A stretch of DNA of 64,000 nt from the human T2T-CHM13v2.0 reference genome, Homo sapiens: assembly GCF_009914755.1 (NCBI RefSeq), contig NC_060940.1. One strand, written 5' to 3'. This document shows, in pieces, positions 47,324 through 63,337 of this stretch (position 1 is its first letter; each line of letters starts with the position of its first letter). The position numbers and the translations under genes are program-made. Under the pieces are notes generated by a model, which was not told where the DNA came from, did no database searches, and saw only the letters and a program-made list of their open reading frames with translations.

Positions 47324-49005
47324 CTCTCTGGGCAGGGCTTGAGGAGTACAACCTGATGAGAAGCAGACGTTAAGATCCCCTTTCCTCCACTCCTGACATT
47401 GGAGCAACCATCCAGTCCTGTCTAGACATCACTACAATGCTCATTCCCTCCTTCCTTCCATTCTAGCCTGTGTCAGGCCTCACTAACTCCAAACCCACTT
47501 GTATGACAGACTGATTCCAATCATTTCTGCTCTTGTTACCGATTCTTATCTGCACTTTACTTAAAGCCCCATAATTTTGAGGCATCTGGACAGTAGGAAA
47601 GGCTGAAAACCTGGCAAGCTTTTATAGCTTGCAAAGGTCCTTGTCCTATGCTCTGTTAGTATCATTTCCAAAATACTACTTGGGCTATCTGATCACATCC
47701 CATTGCCCGTATCCTCTGAGAGTCTAAATGCTGAACTGCTTCAGAAACTAAATCATACTCACAGGACTTGGTTTCTCAGCAATTTTATCATCTGAAAACA
47801 TTGTTTATGTAGCTGAGGTCAAAAGCTTCAAGTACTGCTTTAATGAGCTGCGAATCTGTTCATGTGACATTCTCTTCCAAACCCAATTGCCCTTTACACT
47901 GTATGAGTAAGTGCCTCTGTGTGTGTGTGTCTGAATGTGTGTGTTTGATGTGCTGACATTTCTGAATTGAATCCAGAAAGTGTAACCTTTGTATGTTTGC
48001 TGTTAAAACTCCAAATTCAAGCCTTAAGAAAAGGATCTAACACTTACTCAATGTGATTTATTTAAGCACAGAACCTAACTCCCCCAAAGTATCAAATACT
48101 CAAGAGAACAATTCATTTTTGAAAATTGTGATTTAAAATAATTCTCATAAAACCTTTACTGTTCAAATATATTAGAAAATATATTGCATTTTTGTCTGCA
48201 TCAGGCACTGTTTTAACTGCCTTCCATGAATTGCCTCATTTAATTCTCTCAACCCTGTAAGGTAGGGTTATCACCACAGTATAGATGAGGAACTAGAGCT
48301 TGGAAAAGTTAAGGCATTTGCCCAAGGTCCAGCAACTAGAAAGCAGAGGAGCCAGGACTTGATCCCTGGACTGTACACTGCACAAGACCCTTGTAAAGAT
48401 TATTAGAAGCACTTGGAGCCCCTGGTAAGGTTTGTGATTGTGCTACCAGGAGAGTCATGATAACACCATCGAATGGTGTCTGTTACATAATAGAAAAAGA
48501 CTGAGTATTCTTACAATTCAAATGATTTAAATTTATTTTAAAATATTGCAACAAATAAGTAGCATCTTCACAGCTTTTATAATTCGTTGTCAGGATTTTA
48601 AAAGATGCAAATCTTATTTGTTCCTTAGGGCTTTGATTTTGAGGCTGACAAAGACGGCATGCATTGACTAACCTCTGAAAGAAGGGCATGGCAGCATTGA
48701 AATGAGGCAGCCGAGACAGGCTCATTAAGGAGTAGAGGTTTCCCTGCTCATTTCTGGTTGTTCTTTTGGGGTATCCACTGTGTGGAGTTTGCAGAGATCT
48801 TAATAAAAATATCAACCTACATTTATATACTGACAAACAAATAGCCAAGAGCCATTTAGGACACACAGCTTGGAGTCTGTTTATCTCTCTCCACCTATCT
48901 ACACACCCATGGAGAACCCATTTAAACTTCAGATCAAACCAGGCTCCCTTTAGATGGTTGGAATTGTCAGGTTCCTGAGCCAGGTGAAGTTCCTAAATCA
49001 GTTTC

Positions 49006-49392
49006 TGTCTTAGTCCATGTTGTGTTGCTATGACTGAATACCACAGACTAGATAATTTATAAAGAAAAGAAATTTATTTCTTACAGTTCTGGAGGCTGGG
49101 AAGTCCAAGGGTGAGGGGCTTGCATCTGGTGAGAGACTTCTTGCTGTGTCATCCCATGGCAGAAGGTGAAGGGCAAGAGAGAGTATGCGTGCATGTGTGT
49201 GCATATATATGCATATGCATACATGTGTGTGCACATGCAGGGGAAAGATACGGAGCCAAACTCATCCCTTTTATTAGGATCCCACTACCAAGATAATGTT
49301 GTTAAGTTCTCATGAGGTGCCACCTCTCAACACTGTTGCATTGGAGATTCAGTTTCTAACACATGAACTTTGGCGGGGCAAGTCAACCATAG
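49006..49392 (-). mobile_element. MST-family (MaLR) LTR
   Basis: tgtcttagtccatgttgtgttgctat...ttcttacagttctggaggctgggaagtccaag...acacatgaactttgg. Confidence 0.8.
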
Positions 49393-50272
49393 AACCTACC
49401 AGATACATGACTTTGAGTCATGTACTATTATATTATTATTTATTATTATTATTGTTATTTTGATACTGGTCCATGGCCCAGGGATTGGGGATCCCTGCCC
49501 TAAATCGTGAGGAAGATTGAGGCCCATGGGTGCCACTGGTTGGTAGCCGTCAGCTTCTTACCACCTACCGGCACCTCCATAGTCATCTTGACCTCCTTGC
49601 CCAGCTTCCATCTCTGTCTTAGCAAATATGTTTTCCCTCCCCCAACTCATGTGAGACTTACCCTCACTCCTGCTCTGGACTCCAGCCTCTTGATCCTTCA
49701 TGCTTATCTCCCCTGTTTAGTCTGTCTACAGCTTCTCTCTGTATCAACAAAACTCCTATGGTTTCAAATAGGAATCTGATTTAAACTGACTTTTAAGCAA
49801 AAAATAATGATAGTTAGTATTCAGATGTAGATGGATCATCTACATCTGGTCCCAAACAATGCCAGCAGGGAAACATTTATCTATATCCCTTAGGATTACT
49901 TTCCCCACTGTGTTGACTTCATTCTTCATTCTCAGAAGGCTTTCTTGGGCACATAGCAACTCCCAATTTATGTCCCATTATCTCTGCAACTTCTACCAAA
50001 GAAAAGGGCTTCCTTTTTATAAAATCCCAGCAGCCTAGGACTCAATCTTTTTGGAAGATTATTGGGTCATATGCCCATCTCTAAGGGAATTGCTCACTGC
50101 ACCAGGGGGATGGAATGTGCTGATTGACCGGGCCTGGGTCACCAGCCCCTCTTAGCCAGAGAGCTGGATCTAATCCAGACATTTTGAAAAAAGAGAAGGA
50201 ATGTCCTATCTAAATCAGACATTTTGAAAGAAGAGAAGGAATATCTCCTTTAAGAAAAAAAAGCCACTGTCA

Positions 50273-50656
<384 letters not shown>

Positions 50657-51410
50657 CTATCCTGGCCTTCTCCTTTGTGCATAAACCTGCTATGTCTTTT
50701 TCATGTTAAAAATCCCCTACCTCAAACCTGGGAATCCTCCTTACTACTACTCTTACTACTGCTATGATTACTACCCTACCTTACTTTGCATACAAACACA
50801 CTTTTGAAAGAGTTGCCAGTTCCTGCTATTTCCACTTGATGACAATTTATTGTTTCCTCAGTTTGGTGCAATCTGGCTTCTGCTCCCGCCATCCTATTGA
50901 TATTTTTCTCATTGAGTCATCAATGACCTGAAAACTGCCTCTTCTCATAAGCTTGTCTCATCTTTCTTGACCTCACCATATTATTAGGTGCTCTAATCCT
51001 TTCTCCTTTAAAAAAATGTGAAAAAATAAAATATTCAAGCAGCATCAGAAGCTACAAAGTGAAATTAAGATTCCCCTCACCCATGGCTCCTAGCTAGGCT
51101 TCCTGGTTCTCCTTCCCAGAGACACCCATTGCAACCAGGTTCTTGTGTGACCTTCTAGAGAAGATGTGTTCAGGCCCAGAAATAGTCTACATCACACACA
51201 AGGATGTTAGCATGCTGTGTACAATTTCTGTATCTTGCATTATTCCCCTCTGTCTTGGAGATTGTTTCTTATCTGCTTATCTAACTCTACATCACCCTTT
51301 GAATAACTTCCTAGTTTCCTATATAAGTGAGTTTATCTGTAGGAAAAGTTCAGAGTGCCTTCTTTCTTTTTAAGCCCCTCTTCTCCTTCATTTTTATGAC
51401 ATTGTGTGTC

Positions 51411-52077
51411 TGTCTTAGTCTGTTTTGTGCTGCTATAAGAATACCTGAAACTGGGGCCTGGTGCAGTGGCTCATGCCTGTAATTCCAGCACTTTGGGAGG
51501 TTAACATGGGCAGATCACTTGAGCTTGAGCCCAGGAGTTTGAGACCAGCTTGGGGAACATGGCAAAATCTGTCTTTACACACACAAAAATTACAAAAATC
51601 AACCAGGTGGGGTGGCACATGCCTGTAGTCCCAGCTACTTGGGTGACTAAGGCAGGATTGCTTGAGCCTGGGAGGTCAAGGCTGCAGTGTCGTGGTCACA
51701 GCTTGCTGCAGACTCGACCTCCCAGGCTTAAGCAATCCTCCTGCTCGAGTGACAGAGTGAGACCCTGTCTCAAAAAAAAAAAAGTGGATAACTTACAATG
51801 AAAAGAAATTTATTTGGCTCATGGTTCTGGAGGGTGGGAAGTACAAGATCAGGGGCTGTATCTGGGGAGGACCTTCTTGCTGCATAGTAACCTGATAGAA
51901 GGCATCACATGGCAAGAGAACACATGAGGGAGGGTAACTTACTTTTTAAATAAATTCACTCCCACAATAATAACATCAATCCAGTCACCTCCAAAAGTTC
52001 CCACCTCTCAACACTGTTGCATTGGGGATTAAGTGTCCAGCACAAGAACTTTGGGAGAACACATTCAAACCATATCA
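51411..52077 (-). mobile_element. MST-family LTR interrupted by an Alu (about 51455-51783, + strand) that hosts MIR1273H
   Basis: tgtcttagtctgttttgtgctgctataag...[Alu]...aaagaaatttatttggctcatggttctggagg...cattcaaaccatatca. Confidence 0.82.
51636..51751 (+). ncRNA. MIR1273H: MIR1273H precursor hairpin (Alu-derived); 5p arm about 51668-51688, 3p arm about 51706-51727
   Basis: GGATTGCTTGAGCCTGGGAGGTCAAGGCTGCAG pairs with CTGCAGACTCGACCTCCCAGGCTTAAGCAATCC. Matches my recollection of miR-1273h, which is annotated in a PRKCB intron. Confidence 0.85.
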
Positions 52078-53359
52078 CCACATTTGCTGATGTTCTTCCT
52101 ACCTTCACAGCCACTCCCAATAGAAATTCCAACTCCACAAAGACTTCCAGTGACAGTTGAATTTGGAGGGTTGAGACCAGCTCATGACCCAGAAAGGAAA
52201 ACAGAAAGCTTACTTTTTGTTTTGTTACAAGTGCAGTCTCTTAAAAATAACCACAAAATGCCCCCCCAAATGGCATATGGAAAACAGCACAGAGATGGTG
52301 TGTTAATCTACCTGAAATGTCTTTCTAAGGAAGTGAGGCTTGGATGGGAACGGAAATGCATCCCTTTTTCTTCCCAGGGTACACGTCTTTTTCTCACTTC
52401 CTCTAACTGGGAGCCCCAGGGCCTGGCTTTGTCTTGTAGCTTCCTGCCGTGATGCACCAGGCTAAGTGGGAAGGTTTCTGTTCTATGTCTAAAGTAGCAC
52501 TGGCAGGTCCTCATTCTGCTTGTAATTGGGATGGGAATATGGGTAGGAATTTAGGGTTTGGCAGAGCGTACAGGACCTCTTTCAAGCCAGAGCACAGCCC
52601 TGTCAGACTTACTCACTGGACATGAATGGGTCAGTCAGCCCTCAGCAGTAACCACCAGCTACCATGTTAAGTATTTGATGTGAATTTTATCAAGTCATTC
52701 TCGCCACACCCTACAAGAAACTTGAGCTTAGGGGACTTAGCTAACTTGCTTGAAGGTTGTATAGCTGGGAATTGTTGGAGCCAGGATTGGTACCCAGGTT
52801 AGCTTAACTTTTAAGTCCGTGCCACACAATCAGATACATAGTATGAGGCAATGGGATGTAATGGAAAGCCCATGGGCTTTGGAATTGAACAGATGGGCTC
52901 TGGATCTTGGCTCTCCTACTTGACCCTATATGACCCTGAACAAACTGTTAACTCTTAAAATTATCTGTTAAGTAGAGATAATCCTTTTCCTGCCTATCTC
53001 ACAGCCTTGTGGGAATCAAAGCTATAAAAAGATAGGCAAATAGAAGGGATAATTACTATTTGAGGGTGAGTTTACTTGAAGCCAACAATGTGGGTTTAGG
53101 ATGAATGGTGAAGAATAGATAAGAAAAAAAATGATATTCTGTTGACATGGGAAGATGTTTAGAGTGTATTTCATCTAGTTTCTTTTAAAAAGCAAGCAAA
53201 AGAACAGAGTCATGATTCCACCTTTGTCTAAAAACTAAAAAACATCCATTCATCTATTCATCCAGCCATCTAGGATACAAACCAAGATGTTAACATAATA
53301 CAGAGATTTGGGGTGGCGGGATTAAGAAGGATTCTTTTGTGTGTTTTAAAATTTTTTAT

Positions 53360-54011
<652 letters not shown>

Positions 54012-55446
54012 TAAATGTAGGAGACTGATAGAAGAGTCTGGATCTCTTGTCAAATCTAGGATCAAATCGTGGTCAGATACTTAAACTAAACCCATTTTCT
54101 CATTGCACAGCAAGGACTTCATAGAGCTTTTGGGGGGATTAAAGGAGGTAAAGCTTGCAAAACACTTAACACAGTATCTGGCTCATAGTTAGTGCTTAAC
54201 ATACACTATTATTTGTCCATTTGATTTTTTTTCATCCCTGGGTTCTAGAAACGCAGTGGTGAATAAAACAGATGTGATTTTGCTCTCATGTGGCTTACAG
54301 TCTAGATGAGAACATAGACAATCAACAGAGAATGAACATGTATTAATAATTATAGACTGAGATATACCAGATTTTATTTCTGTTAAAGAAATGAACAGGA
54401 TATCTTGACAGAGAATAACAGGAGGGAAGAATGAGAATCCTCTTTATTTGAAGGTGGTCTGGAACAGCTTCTCTGACAGGGTGCCATTTAAACTGAGATC
54501 TGGAGGAAATCAAAACACTGGATGTTATTTTTTAATGAAAATTAAGAAAAGCAAGAGCAAAACAAAACAGACTTAGTATCAAACACAAAAGACCCCTCTC
54601 CTACTGACTTCCTCCCTAAATAAACATAAGAGATAAAAGATCCCTGATTGTAAGGGACCTTCATTATTAGCAGAAAAAGGAGACTTAAATCTCTCTTTTT
54701 TTCTGCCAAAACCCAGACCACAAATGACTTTTTAAAATGATCAAATATGTATGCAGCTTTGAGCATCTGATTCTCCCTGGAGTGGGTCCCTCCTGTATTC
54801 GGCTGTGGGAAACTGGAAGGCATAGGAACGACCCTGCATTTCACTGGATGTGCACATGTGAAAAAGAAAGATGCGCTTGTCTTTTTGCCTAGGCTATGTA
54901 GCTTGGATGTCTTTTCATCGTGACCTTCTGGTCTTGTTAACCTGAAGGTGTCCTGGTGTCTTGATGGAGGCTGGGCAGGTAGCTCCCCTGAGCCACTAGC
55001 CTCATGTTATCAAAGTCGGCTAGGCAACAGACAGCAGGGAGGAGCCTTATCCTCTCCTCCACCATCTTACCTTGTCCATGCCCTCTTTTTACCTCCATTT
55101 CTTCTCCAGGCTCTTTCCTTTCCTCCTCCAAAGAAGCAATGTCTCTCTTGCAGGTCCCACTCAAGTGAGATGTCACTCCCTCCAGACAGAGTTCCTGGCC
55201 CTTCTTGGGTTCCTTTCCTCTGTGCTCAATGGCAGCACCTGTCCCATGGTCCCATGCAGTGGCCTGTGTGTGCATCTGTGTCCTCTGCTAGATCTTAAGC
55301 TCAACGGGGACAAGAACAGGTACCCTCTTATGTATCGCCAGAGTCCAGCATGCTGCTCGGCAGAGGATCTACAACAGCCAAATATTAGCCTTCCTTATTA
55401 TCCCTTAGCACCAAAATACACGTCAAAGCAGCCACTTGTTTTAGAG

Positions 55447-55700
55447 TTTTTTTGCTTCATTTTGTTTTGAGACAGGGTCTCACTCTGTCACCCAGGCTGA
55501 AGTGCAGAGGCACGATCATAGCTTGCTGCAGTCTAAACCTCCTGGGCTCAAGTAATCCTCCAACTTCAGCCTTCCAAGTAGCTGGGACTACAGGCATGTG
55601 GCGTCATGCCCTGAGAAGTTTTAAATTTTTGTAGAGACAGGGTCTTGCTATGTTGCCCAGGCTGGTCTCACACTCCTAGCCTCAAGCGATCCTCCTGCTG
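55447..55700 (-). mobile_element. AluJ-like, 5'-truncated
   Basis: Antisense Alu sequence. Confidence 0.85.
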
Positions 55701-56642
55701 CCTTAGAGTGTTTTACTAAGATGAAGCATGTTAAAGTAGCATCAGGCTAACCTTAACAATTTACCCAAATACTCCCATTCTCTTTATTTCTATTTTTCAA
55801 TTTCTTCCATGATAATTGCTGTCTCATTTAAAATAGCTTTCACAGCTTCTTTTCTTATTACAAAATAATAATAACAATACCTGATTGTTATGTAAATTTT
55901 TAAAATATAATCAAGCATAAAGGGGAAAAGGAAAAAATTAAAACCATCTGTAATTCTTCGAATCTCCATAAGCCTGTGTATAAAATGTGTACAGATATTA
56001 CGTATACATTTGTGTATATAATTTATAGAATGGGAAGATATTGTACACACTGTTAGTAATTATATAACTATGTCATTTAATATTCTTCTACATCTTCTTT
56101 TAATTTTTAAGAATGTTTTGCATGGTAATACATCAAATAGATGTATCATTATTTATTTAACTGTTTTCCCTATTGGCCCATAGTAGATTCCCAATTTTTC
56201 TTTCCTCTGACGATTCTTTGATGAACACCCTGTATTTTGATGGGGTAAATCCAGGAGTATAGAGGACAGGTCAGGGAAAACCTCGTGGAGGAAGTGACAC
56301 TGCTCTGGAGACAGAAAGGATGCACAGGAGATAGCTGGATGAGTGGAGAAGGAGTGGAAGGCAAGTGTTCCTGGCAGAGGAGGCAGCCTGTGCAAGGGCC
56401 TGGAGTCACCTCCAAGAGTTCATGAGTGTTCTAGGAACTGGAAATACTTCAGTATGGCTGGAGGGTGTCTCAGGGGGTGGGGGACACAGGCAGGGAAGGG
56501 GCCATTGACCAAGTGTCCAGGAACAGGTCCTAAATGGCCCCTTAAGCCATGCTAAGGAGTGTGGGCTTTGGGCAATGGGGAGCTATTGCAGATAAGAGCA
56601 GGGAAATGGCATACTCCAGTCAGCGTCTTTAAAAGATCCCTT

Positions 56643-56819
56643 TAGCTGGCCATGGTGGTGTGCAGCTGTGGTCCCAAGCTACTCACAAGGCCAAGGCAAG
56701 AGGATCCCTTGAGCCTTGGAATTCAAGGTGGCAGTGAGCTATGATCACGCCACTGCACCCCAACCTGGGTAAGAGAGCAAGACCTTGTCTCAAAAAACAA
56801 AACAAAACAAAACAAAAAA
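56643..56819 (+). mobile_element. Alu right monomer (FRAM-like)
   Basis: (AAAAC)n tail; TSD-like agatccct. Confidence 0.8.
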
Positions 56820-57989
56820 GAGATCCCTGTGGCAGTGGTGACCAAGCCAACTCCACATTCAACAGCAAGACTCTGTTATTAATTCAATGAAACAGAAATT
56901 AAAAGAGAAGAGAAAAAGAAAAAGAGCTTACGTGTAACAGGTCACAGATAAGCTTTTCAAACTGTCTAGATTCTTAAATTCAGGAGCGTAATTCAACAAA
57001 TCAACCTTCTTACTCCTCTCCTTAATCCTGAAAGAGGTGCTTGTGGTTTAAATAACCCAGTTGGTTTCTGGCCCCCATTCCTGTTCCAGGAGCCCCATTG
57101 ATGTACCCTGATGACAAGGGAGTCGGATTTTCTTTTTTTTTTTAAGCTGAGTGAGGCTGAAGTGTTCACCCAAGACAAGCCAGAGAGGCAGGTGCAATCC
57201 ATGGTGCGTTTTTAATTAGATCCCAGCCACTGAGCTGCCCATACTTCAAGGACACAGCAGGCAGGAAACTGATCTGGGCTGTGTCTCCCAAGGGCTGACG
57301 TCTCCATTTAGGGAGCGCTCCTGAAGCTAATGGTCAGTGACAGCTCCATTTGAAAAACACAGAAACACTTAACAGGGAGGCTGTGATCTGCCAGCCCTGT
57401 AAGCTGCTGATTAGCAGGGAAATCACGCTCCCTCTGTATCGCACCCCCTTGGTTAATCCCTGTTCTTGTGTCTCCTCTGTGCTATCTCACTTAAAGATTT
57501 CATTGTTCTCTGAGGCAGGAGGGAGTGGGGAGAGGGAGGGGGAGGTTGTGGAGCTGCCAGAAGCTGTTTCACTGTCTCCCATCACAGCCTCTGGGGAGGC
57601 CCAGGCGAAGAAACAGCCTTCTGGTGTGGATGGGAAATTGATGGTTTTTAAAGAAAAATGGTCCCTGAAGATGCTCTGTGTCTCAGCAAATGTGCTTCCT
57701 AGACTGGCTGGCTTGGGTTCCAACACCCAGGCCAAAGAAAAACACGCACGGGTCTGCCTTATAGTCACACCAGGATGCCATACCAGCAGTCCCTGCCACC
57801 ATCACCTCTTTGTTGTCTGCTCTGCCTCCCCTTTCTACAGTCCTAAGCCACCATTCCTCTCCTGTGGATGACTGCGGCAGTCTCTCCCCGATGCCACGGC
57901 CACCAATCTAGCTCCCCAAACCTCTGCAATCCCCACACTGCAGCTGAGGGGACTCCTTGACGTGTCCTCTGGAATTTTGAACTTATCAA

Positions 57990-59539
<1,550 letters not shown>

Positions 59540-60058
59540 CTGGACAACAATTCTAACCACAGTGAGTTTACCGAGGGGTCATCCTTCTGTGGGAGCTTCC
59601 CTCCACTGGCCAGCAGAAAAGACCCCAGGTCTTCATACTATGTCAGAGAGTTCTCATTTTCTGAGACCTGAAGCCAAGATAACAAAAACAGCAGAAACAA
59701 TTTAGCTTGGAATGACAAATAGGTTTCCTTAAGTCTGACAAGAGTCTTTTAAAAATTCAAGACTGTTTCCTTAGTATTTAAAACTTAAACACCATGCAAA
59801 TGCCCTATTATAGGAAACATACGCTGTCTGTCTGTAGGGATTTGTAGTAGAAAATGGGAACTAAATAATACTTGGAGCCATGATGCGTTGATCACATACT
59901 CAGTACCTGTTACTTGCATTCTCTCATTTTATCCTCATATCACAACCCCAGTGTGATAGGAATTAAAATTGCTCCCATTTTACAAAAGAGGAAACTGAAA
60001 CTTTAAGGAACTTGCCCAGAGTTGCACAGATAGTGGGTAGCATAATGCCAGGGTTTGA

Positions 60059-60407
<349 letters not shown>

Positions 60408-60814
60408 TGAGCAGGAGGCAGAGGCTCTTGGAGACCTAAGTCCCTTGCATGCACAGCAAATACTTCTGCTTCCCTCAACAAAAAGGCTTTGAAGAAGAGC
60501 GTGCACCTCTTGACTTTCTCAATGTACCTTCACTCCTCCAGCAACTGAAGTTCAGTGGCAGCCCTCCATTTCTCATCAGTATCACCCCAGTTGCCAATTG
60601 CAATGATCCTTTTTTGGCAACTCTCCTATTTGACCTCTGAAAGATATTTTAGTTATACCAATGCCCTTCACCTGGGGTTTCTCCCAGTCCTTAGCTTGGC
60701 TGATACTGTTCTCTCCTGGTTCTCCTCCTGCTGTCCTAAGACACTTTAAGGAGCATTTTTATCATGGGCAAATGGAAATAAAACACCTATTTCACAGAGT
60801 TTTTACATGAATGA

Positions 60815-61366
<552 letters not shown>

Positions 61367-61498
61367 TAATCATCTTTCTCAGTTTTCACACTTTCTCTGT
61401 CTCAGTTCATACAACCACAGTCTCTGTCATTCAAACCAGAGACTTCATCATCCCCATCCTTGTCTTCCCGCTGGCCCCTTCCCCACTTCATTAGTTAG

Positions 61499-61852
<354 letters not shown>

Positions 61853-61879
61853 CACTGTACTTGTAAAAATGGAGCCAGG

Positions 61880-62125
61880 AACTTGGGCTCTGATGTCAGA
61901 TGGACCTGGTTCATCTTGCTCTGCTATTGGTTTGCTGAGATTATGAACAAATTACATAGTCTCCGTGGTCTCAGTTCCGTCATCTATAAAATGGAGATCA
62001 TAATAATGCCCACTTCATAGGGCCATTGGGAAGATTAAATAAGGTAATGCAAGTAAAGAACTTTCCAGTAAACAGCATTTTGCACTGGTATATAGCAAAT
62101 GCATAATAAATATCAGCAGTCATAA
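61880..62125 (+). mobile_element. MIR (one example; other MIR fragments lie near 7960-8150, 16280-16520, 21390-21580, 22270-22490 and 48200-48370)
   Basis: MIR core ctcagttcc.tcatctataaaatggagat.ataat..ccacttcataggg. Confidence 0.75.
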
Positions 62126-63178
62126 TTGTTATTACTCCTACTACTATTATACTATTAGGTTGTGGTTACCTCGTAGAGATACTGTGTTGAAAACACATAG
62201 AGCTTTTGTGCAAATGGGTTTTGCTGGCAAAGAACAAGGAACCCCAAATTAGCGGTTTGCCCCTTCTCATTAGGTGGGAATTAGCATGTACAGGTGTGAG
62301 CACCCATGCATGCATGCACACATTTGCAGACATGTACATACACATATGTGTTATAACTCTGCCTCAGATGGGGGCCTTTTTAATATAGAAACACCAGCAG
62401 GATGGGTGAGAAATGGCAATGGTTTTCTCTCTAGAACCTGATTGCTTCACCAAACAATGGTTTGTATTTCCTCCCACATCCCTCCTTCCTAATTGAAGAG
62501 GGAATGGCTGAATTTACCTCCTGGCACCTTGCATTTGATGTTCAGTGACTGATCCAGCTAACCAGGGGCCTCGTGGTTGCCCAGGCGTTGCAAGCATCAA
62601 ACCCAGATCTTCACTGGGATCTTCCTCCAGTGGCTGGAGTTTATAAATTGTATTCTGTTGAGTTGGAAAACATCCACTGCTCCTGATTGAGAGCTGGAGG
62701 ACAGCACTTTGAGGGGTCTGCTGCTATAAATACTGGGATCTCCCAGGTGATGTATAAATGGGTCACTACTTTGCATCTTGCACCACCTGAAACATCTCAG
62801 GTGCCTTAATCCCATGTTTTCCAACAGATGAGCTTGGCTGACTTCTCGGGGTGGGTTGGGGGGACATGCCACATGCCTCTGGCCCCACCATCTCATGCCT
62901 TTGCCATCCATCTCCTGACTGGCCAGAAGGACACCAGGAGCAGCTCATGAGCTACAAAAACTGAAGGTCGGGAACCCAAGGTCGTGCACCAAAGGTCATG
63001 AGAATTTTGCATTTTATGTTGCTCTCATTTCTGATCATTTGAAACAACCTCTCTGAGTTTCTGAAAGGGAAGGGAATGGAGAAAAGCACACCCAATTATG
63101 CTAGGTTCTGTTTTATTTTGGCTTTTGTTTTTGTTTTTTTTCCCACCCACCACAAGTTCTTTTCTTCCCCTCTCATAG

Positions 63179-63337
63179 TGTGGGCGAAATGCTGAAAACT
63201 TCGACCGATTTTTCACCCGCCATCCACCAGTCCTAACACCTCCCGACCAGGAAGTCATCAGGAATATTGACCAATCAGAATTCGAAGGATTTTCCTTTGT
63301 TAACTCTGAATTTTTAAAACCCGAAGTCAAGAGCTAA
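63179..63337 (+). CDS. PRKCB: PKC-betaII-specific terminal coding exon (V5 tail, C622-S673; turn motif T641, hydrophobic motif S660)
   Basis: cccctctcatag|TGT GGG CGA ... AAG AGC TAA. Translates [52 protein letters not shown]. Confidence 0.98.
   Translation, partial: CGRNAENFDRFFTRHPPVLTPPDQEVIRNIDQSEFEGFSFVNSEFLKPEVKS

Noticed and set aside
63025-63330. 101-aa antisense ORF over the betaII exon (likewise 3217-3426, 33332-33870, 33893-34147 and 39387-39731)
   Set aside because: Shadow ORFs on the strand opposite real exons, with no independent evidence.
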